From a virus (Duplodnaviria; Caudoviricetes): DNA of 64,000 nt. The position numbers and the translations under genes were made by a program. Location of the stretch: IMG/VR virus record IMGVR_UViG_3300024344_003081. The stretch is one strand, 5' to 3'. Under the pieces are notes generated by a model. That model saw only the letters and a list, made by a program, of their open reading frames with translations. It was not told the DNA's origin and made no database searches. Shown piece after piece: positions 56,578-64,000 of this stretch (the stretch's first letter is position 1; every line of letters starts with the position of its first letter).

Positions 56578-57970
56578 TGAATATACCAGAAAATCTCTTC
56601 CATATTTAAAAAAAGAATATTTTACAGATCATAATGATAAATTTCTTTTTGAAGAAATAGAAAATTATGTGAATAGTTTTAATGTTCTTCCTACCAAAGA
56701 AGCCCTAATTATAGAAGTTGGAAATAATTCGAAACTTACTGAAGATCAATTTACTGATGTTTCTAAAAAAGTTACAGAATATTTCGATAATAAAGAAGAT
56801 ACAGAAACAGATTGGTTACTTGAAACTACTGAAAGATTTTGTCAAGATAAAGCAATTTATAATGCAGTACTTGAATCGATAGGTATTATTGATGATCAAA
56901 AAGAAACACAAAAAGATAAAGGAGCTATACCAGAAATTTTATCTGATGCTCTTTCTGTTTCTTTTGATCCTAACATAGGTCACGATTACATTGAAGATTC
57001 GAATGAACGGTTCGAATTTTATCACAAAGTTGAAGAAAAGATACCTTTTGATTTAGATTATTTTAATAAAATAACTAAGGGCGGTTTATCCAAAAAAACT
57101 TTGAATGTCACTCTTGCTGGTGTAGGTGTTGGAAAGTCATTATTCATGTGTCATCATGCGGCTTCTGCAATTGCTCAAGGATTAAATGTTTTATATATTA
57201 CTCTTGAAATGGCTGAAGAAAAGATTGCAGAAAGAATTGATGCAAATTTAATGAATATTACGATAGATGATTTACATGATATACCTAAAGATATGTTTGA
57301 TAAAAAAATAAAAAAAGTTAAAAAATCAACATCAGGTAGATTGATTGTTAAAGAATATCCCCCCGCTTCTGCGAATGTAAATCATTTTAGAAATTTATTG
57401 AATGAATTAAAATTAAAAAGAAAATTTGTACCTGAAATTATATTCATAGATTACTTAAATATTATGGCTTCATCCAGATTGAAGTATGGTAATACTGTAA
57501 ATTCTTATAATTATATTAAATCTATTGCGGAAGAAGTACGTGGTCTTGCAGTTGAAAACAATCTTCCTATTTGTTCTGCTACACAAACAACTAGATCAGG
57601 ATTTACAGATACAGATTTTGGACTTGAAGATACTTCTGAATCATTTGGATTGCCAGCAACTGCAGATTTTATGTTTGCTTTAATTAGTACAGAAGAATTA
57701 GAAGAACTTGATCAAATTTTAATTAAACAATTGAAAAATCGTTATAGTGATCCTGGTAAAAATAAAAGATTTGTAATTGGAATTGATAGAGCAAAAATGA
57801 AATTATATGATCTTGAAGAAACTGCACAAGATGATTTAGTTACGAGGTCTACACAAAAGAAAAAGCCAAGATTCAGCAAAAAAGATAAAGATGATGATCC
57901 AGTATTTGATGTTGGAACAAATAATAGAATGAAAAGAAAGAAAGATTTCTCGGAATTTTCCTTTAATTAG
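56531..57970 (+). CDS. gp41: Replicative DnaB-like helicase
   Basis: AGVGVGKS, ITLEMAE, IDYLNI, SATQTTR, SESFGLP, KQLKNRY. Confidence 0.97.
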   Translation: MTRIEDTILKNLIFNDEYTRKSLPYLKKEYFTDHNDKFLFEEIENYVNSFNVLPTKEALIIEVGNNSKLTEDQFTDVSKKVTEYFDNKEDTETDWLLETTERFCQDKAIYNAVLESIGIIDDQKETQKDKGAIPEILSDALSVSFDPNIGHDYIEDSNERFEFYHKVEEKIPFDLDYFNKITKGGLSKKTLNVTLAGVGVGKSLFMCHHAASAIAQGLNVLYITLEMAEEKIAERIDANLMNITIDDLHDIPKDMFDKKIKKVKKSTSGRLIVKEYPPASANVNHFRNLLNELKLKRKFVPEIIFIDYLNIMASSRLKYGNTVNSYNYIKSIAEEVRGLAVENNLPICSATQTTRSGFTDTDFGLEDTSESFGLPATADFMFALISTEELEELDQILIKQLKNRYSDPGKNKRFVIGIDRAKMKLYDLEETAQDDLVTRSTQKKKPRFSKKDKDDDPVFDVGTNNRMKRKKDFSEFSFN

Positions 57971-57971
57971 C

Positions 57972-57999
57972 TTGACATAATTTCTCATTTTGATATAAT
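57972..57999 (+). promoter_or_regulatory. Sigma70-type promoter
   Basis: TTGACA-16nt-TATAAT with TG extension. Confidence 0.75.
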
Positions 58000-58057
58000 A
58001 ATAGTGTATTGGTTGAGTTAGAAGCTCTTTTTGTTAATCTCAAATAAATGAGGTGAT

Positions 58058-58777
58058 ATGTATAAGTATATTATGATAATTACAGTTGCATTAACAATAT
58101 TTTCGGGCTGTGCCCCAAAAAATTATGCTGTAGCTGGTAGTAATAAAATAGGATTACCATTTGGTACTGTTCTTACAGTTGGTGGTAAAAAAATGATTGT
58201 AGTCAGTCAAGAAACTCAAGAAGTAAGATTAAAACCTTATATAGTAGAAAAAACATCTGTATCTATGACAGGTGTTAAAGCAGAAGAACCCAAAGGCAAT
58301 ATAGTAAAACCAGAGTGGGACAGTAAAAAAGTTGTTACAGAAGGAGTAAAAACTGTTCAAGAATGTCAAGATCCACGAGGATGTCCTCAGGATGTTGCAA
58401 CTGGTGAATGTCTTGAAGGGTGTTCTGAACAAAAAGTAAAAGTTGAAATGACAGAAACAATTGTTACTCCAGCAATGCAAGTAGAAGTGACTAAACCAGT
58501 TTCAGATACACTTGATCCTGAGTTAGTTCTTGAAGTATTCTTTAAATTCGAACCAACCATAGGTACCCCTAAATCTCTAAAAGGAATGTGGGCGAATTAC
58601 TATGGTAAACCCGAATGGTTATGTGTAATGATAAATTTTTCAGGAACTACACGAACTAAAGTATTATTAACAAAACTTCTCCATTCCAACCCCAAATTTC
58701 TCAAAATGTGCAATACGGCATTTCCCCGCAATGACAATTTCTGGAATCACCTTCCAAAGTCAAAATTCTACAATTAA
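58058..58777 (+). CDS. Putative lipoprotein
   Basis: Signal peptide ending in a lipobox-like FSG-C; internal C..PRGCP...CLEGC motif. Confidence 0.65.
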   Translation: MYKYIMIITVALTIFSGCAPKNYAVAGSNKIGLPFGTVLTVGGKKMIVVSQETQEVRLKPYIVEKTSVSMTGVKAEEPKGNIVKPEWDSKKVVTEGVKTVQECQDPRGCPQDVATGECLEGCSEQKVKVEMTETIVTPAMQVEVTKPVSDTLDPELVLEVFFKFEPTIGTPKSLKGMWANYYGKPEWLCVMINFSGTTRTKVLLTKLLHSNPKFLKMCNTAFPRNDNFWNHLPKSKFYN

Positions 58778-58800
58778 ACAATCCTCAATTAGATAATATA

Positions 58801-58807
58801 ATAAATA
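58801..58807 (+). promoter_or_regulatory. Possible late promoter (ATAAATA variant)
   Basis: TAATAAATA upstream of the 58850 gene. Confidence 0.45.
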
Positions 58808-58849
58808 GTTAGTGACTATTTATGTTTATATTACAGTACTTAGAGGAAA

Positions 58850-60085
58850 ATGATCGATTTTAAAGATTTTTTGCTAGAATCTCAGGGTGCTAACAAGCAC
58901 CTTGAGCATATAGAAGATGAAGTTTTAAATGGTGGTTTCGATGGTGTGAAAAAGGCAATCACCTATTTAAGTTCATTAGGATCAACTTTAAAGGGTTCTT
59001 CTTCTAAAAAAATTACAATAACGACCAAATGGGATGGAGCGCCAGCAATTGTAGCTGGAATAGATCCTGAGACTAAAAAGTTTTTTGTAGCAACTAAACA
59101 TGGAGCATTTGCTAAAGAACCTAAATTAAATTTTTCAGATGAAGATATTGAAAATAATCATGAAGCAACAGGATTGCAAGATGTATTAAAAGATTCATTA
59201 AAATATCTTAAAGATATTGGAATGGATGGTGTTTATCAAGGAGATTTATTATATAGTCCACAGAAATCTAAAACACTACAGAATATAGATGGTGAATCGC
59301 ATGTTGTTTTTACTCCAAATACTATAACATATGCGATTAAATTAAGAAGTGACTTGGGTAGAAAAATAACTGCTTCAAAATTGGGCATTGTTTGGCATAC
59401 AAAATATGTCGGTGAAAAAGTAAATCAGATGGATGCTACATTTGATGTAAATGTTGATAATTTTAAACAAACATCAGATGTATGGTTTAAAGATGCTGAA
59501 TATGAAAAAATGGATGGAATAGCATCTTTTACTAAAGAGGAAACTGAAAAATATTTTAATGTACTTTCGATGGCAGGTAGAGTATTTAGAACTCTTAATA
59601 AAAAACTGTTAGACGGTATTAAAGATGATAAATACTTAAATACACAGATTAAAGCATTTGCTAATTTTAAAATAAGACAAGGTATGCCCATTGGAAATGT
59701 TAATAGTCATGTTATTGGTTTGATTAGATATTTACAAAATAAGTTAGATAAAGAGGTTGATAAATTAAAATCAGTAAGAGGTAAAGAAAATAGGCGTAAA
59801 AAAAATGAAGATATTTTAAAATTTTTTACTGGGAATAAGACTGCTTTGAAAAATATGTTTCAAATGCAAAATATTCTTATAGCCGCTAAAATGATAGTAA
59901 TTAAGAAATTACAAGATATTCAGCCTTTGACAAAAACGTTTATACAAACCGATAAAGGTTTTGAAATTACAAATCCAGAAGGATTTGTTGCAGTTACATT
60001 AGATGATGGAGCGGTAAAATTAGTAGATAGACTAGAGTTTTCTAGACAAAATTTTTTAGCACCAAAAACATTTGGGAGTCGTTAA
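58850..60085 (+). CDS. DUF6267-like protein with ligase-type nucleotidyltransferase motifs
   Basis: NKHLEHIED; TKWDG (KxDG), YQGD, PEGFV, VKLVDR. Confidence 0.65.
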   Translation: MIDFKDFLLESQGANKHLEHIEDEVLNGGFDGVKKAITYLSSLGSTLKGSSSKKITITTKWDGAPAIVAGIDPETKKFFVATKHGAFAKEPKLNFSDEDIENNHEATGLQDVLKDSLKYLKDIGMDGVYQGDLLYSPQKSKTLQNIDGESHVVFTPNTITYAIKLRSDLGRKITASKLGIVWHTKYVGEKVNQMDATFDVNVDNFKQTSDVWFKDAEYEKMDGIASFTKEETEKYFNVLSMAGRVFRTLNKKLLDGIKDDKYLNTQIKAFANFKIRQGMPIGNVNSHVIGLIRYLQNKLDKEVDKLKSVRGKENRRKKNEDILKFFTGNKTALKNMFQMQNILIAAKMIVIKKLQDIQPLTKTFIQTDKGFEITNPEGFVAVTLDDGAVKLVDRLEFSRQNFLAPKTFGSR

Positions 60086-60498
60086 TGCAAGTAGCAGAAC
60101 AGGGTCTTTTAGACAGATTAGGCGAATCTTATATGAATATAGCATTGTCAGAAGATGTCGATGCACGATTAAAAAGATTAGCAAGAGAAGGATTAATCGG
60201 TAAACAAGAATATGCATTGTTTCTTAAAACAATGAAAGATTTGGAAGATGATAAAAAACCAAATCCAAAACAAAGAATGCTGATTATAAGAATTTTTGAT
60301 AAAATGCTTGCTCTCATTATGGGCGATAAAGTTGTATATCAAAAAATATTACAAACTGTTAAAAAAGGCAAAAAAGATAAAGCAAAAGTAGCAGAAGAAG
60401 CCTTTAGAGATACACACACCACAGTTGTTCATGGTGGAACAGAATTTTATGTTAATGCTGAGAACAAATTAGTGGAAATGCCATCTTCATTTGAATAA
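60085..60498 (+). CDS. Hypothetical protein (137 aa)
   Basis: TAATG coupling. Confidence 0.65.
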   Translation: MQVAEQGLLDRLGESYMNIALSEDVDARLKRLAREGLIGKQEYALFLKTMKDLEDDKKPNPKQRMLIIRIFDKMLALIMGDKVVYQKILQTVKKGKKDKAKVAEEAFRDTHTTVVHGGTEFYVNAENKLVEMPSSFE

Positions 60499-60506
60499 AT
60501 AATTCT

Positions 60507-62654
60507 ATGAAGATTTATAAACATTTTTTAACAGAAACAAAGCAAGAAAAAACAGCAGTTGTGACTTTTGGGAGAATGAATCCTCCTTCAATAGGTCATG
60601 TTAAACTTGCAAAAAAGATTGGAGCAGAGGCTAGAAAACATAAAGCAGAGCCTTTTATTTTTCTGTCCCCTACTCAGAATGCTAAAAAGGATCCTTTAGG
60701 TCCAGATAGAAAAGTTGTTTATGTTGAAAAAACAATAGGTCAAAATATCAATATAGATATTAAACCTACAGTTTTTGAAGCACTATCTGATTTATATTCT
60801 AATGGATTTAAAAAACTTGTATTTGTAGTTGGTAGTGATAGATTAGCTAAATTTTCAAAATGGATATCAGAATATAATGGAAAAGAGAAAAGACATGGAT
60901 TTTATGATTTTATAGATATCGATTTTGTAAGTTCAGGAGATCGTGATCCTGATGCTGAAGGTGTTGCTGGAATGTCTGCATCGAAATTAAGAGAATTTGC
61001 AGTTTCTGGAGATTTTGACAGTTTTAAAAAGGGAACGAAATTATCTGTTAAAGATACAAAGTCTATGTATAACGAAATTAGGAAGGCAATGAAAATTGAC
61101 ACTATAAAAGAAGCGGCTCTTAGACCTGGAACTAAAGTAAAAGTTGCTCATCCAGCAAAAGGTAAGGGAATGGTTACAGGAAAAGTAGTTCGCTATGATG
61201 ATCAAGGGCCTCATTCTCCTTTTTACGTTGTTGCTATTCCAGGATTAGCAAGATCAGAAAAAGTGCCCGCACATAAAATTAAAGAAGGAGCAGAATATCC
61301 CAAAACTCCTGAGGCAAAGAAAGCACATTTAGCTAAAATAATGAAAAAAGTGAAAGATACCGAAGCAAAAAGAGCAAAAGCGGGTTATAAAATAATAGAT
61401 AGAACTCCTGATTGGATGTTTTCTAAAGAAGAAGTTGAAGTAGATGAAATGAGTGCAGTACAAAAAACTGCTCTTAATATTCATAATCAAAGAGTTAAGT
61501 TGGGTATTGTTAAACCTGGTACTAAAAAGATCAAGAAGAAAGAAAGTGGAGTACAGAAAGCGGCTAGGGCTTCAGGAATGTCTAATAGAGAAAGATCCTT
61601 TTTGTACAATGATAATCATTTGGAAGATATTGAAATAGATGAAATGTCTAAAAAATTACTTTATAGAGCCGCATCAAAAGCAGAAGTACAAGGAAGAGAA
61701 CCTGAAAGTCCAGGTTCAGACACAGGTTTTGGTAAGAGAGATCCCGCAATAAGATTGAAACGAAGAAAACAAGCTGTTAAATTTGTTAAAGGAATATCTA
61801 AAGCATCAGAAGAAGTTGTAGTAGACGAAGCAAAAATAGAAAAACAACCTGATGATCATCTTAAAGCAAAGATGAAGCAATTGCGTACTAGCGGAAAAAC
61901 TGATATGCCTTCTTTTCAATTTATGATTAAACGTATTGGTAAAGAGATGAAGAAAAGGGGATTAGAAGAAAAAGCGCCTCCAGGAAGAGAAAAGCAAGTA
62001 AAAGCATTAAAGAAAAAAGTAGGTACAGAAAAAGCATATGCATTTGCTTGGGCGCAACATAATAAACATGGATTGCCCGAAGAAGCAGATCGAAAAAGAC
62101 TCCCGACAAGGAAACAAATTAAGAAACATTGGGCTGATACTCAAATAAAAAGAAAAAAAGAAATGATAAAAACCAGTCATCCTGGATATGATGAATCTGT
62201 TATAATAGACAATTTAAAATTAAAAGCTGAACAGTCTGGTATTCCATTTAAAATTTTACAAAAAGTATATACTCGTGGAATTAGTGCATGGAATACAGGA
62301 CATAGACCAGGAACTACTCCCCAACAATGGGCAGAGTCAAGAGTTAATTCATTTTTGACTGGTGGTAAAACTAGATTAATCGCAGATCAAGATTTATGGA
62401 TTCAAGTTAACTCTGTGCATAGAACAAAGGAAGAAATGGATACAAATCATGCATTCAAAAAATGGTTAGCCTTTAGTGAAGCAGATGTAGTTGTAGACAC
62501 TCCTCAAGGCAGATATGTAAAAAAAGGATCTGTTGCTTCAGAAAAAATGAGAGCAAAAAGGGCTTTCCGAGACCAGAAAGATAAAAAACAAGTAAGTACT
62601 AGGGTAGCTAACCCTATAGAAAGAAAATATCTTCAACGTAAAGATGAGGGATAA
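60507..62654 (+). CDS. HIGH-family cytidylyltransferase-like N-domain fused to basic modules and a DUF5824-like C-terminal domain
   Basis: TFGRMNPPSIGH, VVGSDR, GMSASKLR; KAEQSGIP...VY.RG..AW..GHRPG.TPQQWA..RVNSF. Confidence 0.72.
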   Translation: MKIYKHFLTETKQEKTAVVTFGRMNPPSIGHVKLAKKIGAEARKHKAEPFIFLSPTQNAKKDPLGPDRKVVYVEKTIGQNINIDIKPTVFEALSDLYSNGFKKLVFVVGSDRLAKFSKWISEYNGKEKRHGFYDFIDIDFVSSGDRDPDAEGVAGMSASKLREFAVSGDFDSFKKGTKLSVKDTKSMYNEIRKAMKIDTIKEAALRPGTKVKVAHPAKGKGMVTGKVVRYDDQGPHSPFYVVAIPGLARSEKVPAHKIKEGAEYPKTPEAKKAHLAKIMKKVKDTEAKRAKAGYKIIDRTPDWMFSKEEVEVDEMSAVQKTALNIHNQRVKLGIVKPGTKKIKKKESGVQKAARASGMSNRERSFLYNDNHLEDIEIDEMSKKLLYRAASKAEVQGREPESPGSDTGFGKRDPAIRLKRRKQAVKFVKGISKASEEVVVDEAKIEKQPDDHLKAKMKQLRTSGKTDMPSFQFMIKRIGKEMKKRGLEEKAPPGREKQVKALKKKVGTEKAYAFAWAQHNKHGLPEEADRKRLPTRKQIKKHWADTQIKRKKEMIKTSHPGYDESVIIDNLKLKAEQSGIPFKILQKVYTRGISAWNTGHRPGTTPQQWAESRVNSFLTGGKTRLIADQDLWIQVNSVHRTKEEMDTNHAFKKWLAFSEADVVVDTPQGRYVKKGSVASEKMRAKRAFRDQKDKKQVSTRVANPIERKYLQRKDEG

Positions 62655-62656
62655 AC

Positions 62657-64000
62657 ATGGATTTTAAAACGCTTCACGAAGATTGGAAAACTTTATCACC
62701 AGGTCCTTTTACAGAACCTGAAGATGAAGCAATATATCAAGAATTTTTAAAAATAAAAGAGCAAGGTGATGTACATCATCATCATTATGCTAAAGGTGAT
62801 AATCCTGATGATAAAAAGAAACGAGAGAAAGATGCTAAAGCTAAAGCAAAAGAAGGCGAAGCAAAAGCAGATAAACCAGACAGTAATGGTGAAGCAAAAC
62901 CAAAAGAAGGTGAAGCGAAAGCAAATGATAACGGTGAAGAAAAACCAAAATTAGATCCTGTTGGAAAAGAAGATGGGGATATTGATAATGATGGAGATAA
63001 AGATAAATCTGATAAGTATCTAGCGAAAAAAAGAAAAGCAATTGGTAAATCTATTAAAGCACAGAAAAAAACGAAAAACGAAAAACCTATAAAATTATCA
63101 GGCGAAAAAGAAAAAGTTAAACTTCATAAGGGAGTTGAAGAAGCAAGTACATATAGAGATAGTAAAAAAGCAGAGGATAATAAAAAGGTCAAGAAATTTG
63201 CTTTTGGAAAGAAAAAAGAAAGAAGAATTGCTGGTCAATATCATTCAGGATATAGTAAAGAAGAAACAGAACTTGGAGAGGGTCACGAAAAAGAAATTGC
63301 TAATTTTATGGACAAAGCATTTCAAGGAGTAGACTATCATTTTAAACAAGGCGCACTTCATGTAGCAAAAGGATTTAGAGGAAAAGTTGCACGAAGAATG
63401 GCGGGGGAAGGAATTAAACCTCCTATAAAAGGTATAAAAGAAGAAGCCGAACTTAAAGAAGCAGAATATGTAAAACCAGTTTTCTCGGGTAAAGAAAAAG
63501 CAAATATAAAGAGAACACTCGGATTTTCATTTGCAGACAAGGTTAAAAAATATAATAAAAAATTACAAAAAACAAAAGATTCTATTAACAAATATAAAAC
63601 AGAAGATACTGAAATTGAAGAAAGAGCATTGTCTGGTAAAGAAGTTGCTCAAAGAATGCTAAATTATAAAGGTAGAGGTGGTCATAATTATTTAAAAGGA
63701 TTTGCAAAAGATGTTGCAAAAATGAGAACAGTTACTAGAAATGATTTAGAAAAATTATTTCCCGATTATGTTGATGGAAGTGATATTACAAAATTATTAG
63801 AGGGATGGAAAAAAGGAAAATATAAAATTACTGATGATAAAGGAAAAATACATGGTGTATTTAATTCTGGTCGTCAAGCTGAAAAAGCACAACAAGATAT
63901 GATGCAAAAAGGAGATCATAAGAGACTTGAAGTATCAGCGGTGAACGAAGGAGAATTAGATGAAGCTCCATCAAACTACGAAGATGAAATTAAAAAATTT
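62657..64000 (+). CDS. Large Lys/Glu-rich modular protein (probable internal head protein), 3' truncated; not in the ORF track
   Basis: ATG 62657 and 448 open codons to the window end; LDPVGKEDGDIDNDGDKDKSD EF-hand-like motif; EETELGE/EEAELKE/EDTEIEE spacers. Confidence 0.75.
   Translation, partial: MDFKTLHEDWKTLSPGPFTEPEDEAIYQEFLKIKEQGDVHHHHYAKGDNPDDKKKREKDAKAKAKEGEAKADKPDSNGEAKPKEGEAKANDNGEEKPKLDPVGKEDGDIDNDGDKDKSDKYLAKKRKAIGKSIKAQKKTKNEKPIKLSGEKEKVKLHKGVEEASTYRDSKKAEDNKKVKKFAFGKKKERRIAGQYHSGYSKEETELGEGHEKEIANFMDKAFQGVDYHFKQGALHVAKGFRGKVARRMAGEGIKPPIKGIKEEAELKEAEYVKPVFSGKEKANIKRTLGFSFADKVKKYNKKLQKTKDSINKYKTEDTEIEERALSGKEVAQRMLNYKGRGGHNYLKGFAKDVAKMRTVTRNDLEKLFPDYVDGSDITKLLEGWKKGKYKITDDKGKIHGVFNSGRQAEKAQQDMMQKGDHKRLEVSAVNEGELDEAPSNYEDEIKKF

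Noticed and set aside
52692-57970. Inteins, introns or homing endonucleases in gp43/uvsX/gp41
   Set aside because: Protein lengths are normal and no intein/LAGLIDADG/HNH/GIY-YIG motifs were seen
6435-63591. All remaining minus-strand ORFs in the track (e.g. 6435..6920, 24211..24606, 44447..44821, 46266..46817)
   Set aside because: Each lies antisense to a well-supported + strand gene and has Phe/Ile/Ser-rich antisense composition with no motifs

Overview
AT-rich segment of a large T4-like (Tevenvirinae/Kyanoviridae-style gene order) myovirus genome; all credible genes lie on the + strand. The right two-thirds is mostly recognisable T4-like core: prohead core/gp21/gp22/gp23, gp3, uvsY, uvsW, gp55, gp47, gp46, gp45, gp44, gp62, regA, gp43, uvsX, gp41. 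Accessory genes are interspersed (methyltransferases, glycosyltransferases, peptide deformylase, DNA C5-methylase, CobT/CobS-like pair, HtrA, dUTPase, Hsp20, M15 peptidase). The left third is the unusual part: a tightly coupled ~19 kb gene run directly behind a collagen-like tail-fibre gene. It holds (i) a protein ending in 12 perfect C-x-C-N-C-[N/D]-F heptads followed by three radical-SAM enzymes (RiPP-like protein-modification system) and (ii) an apparent phage-encoded lipid/polyketide biosynthetic cluster: ACP, AcpS-type PPTase, type III PKS, SDR, two Fe/2OG dioxygenases and seven tandem membrane desaturases. A non-canonical tRNA-Pro(GGG)-like RNA follows. GCWGC also appears to be avoided across the window. 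All family assignments come from motifs read by eye; no database searches were run.
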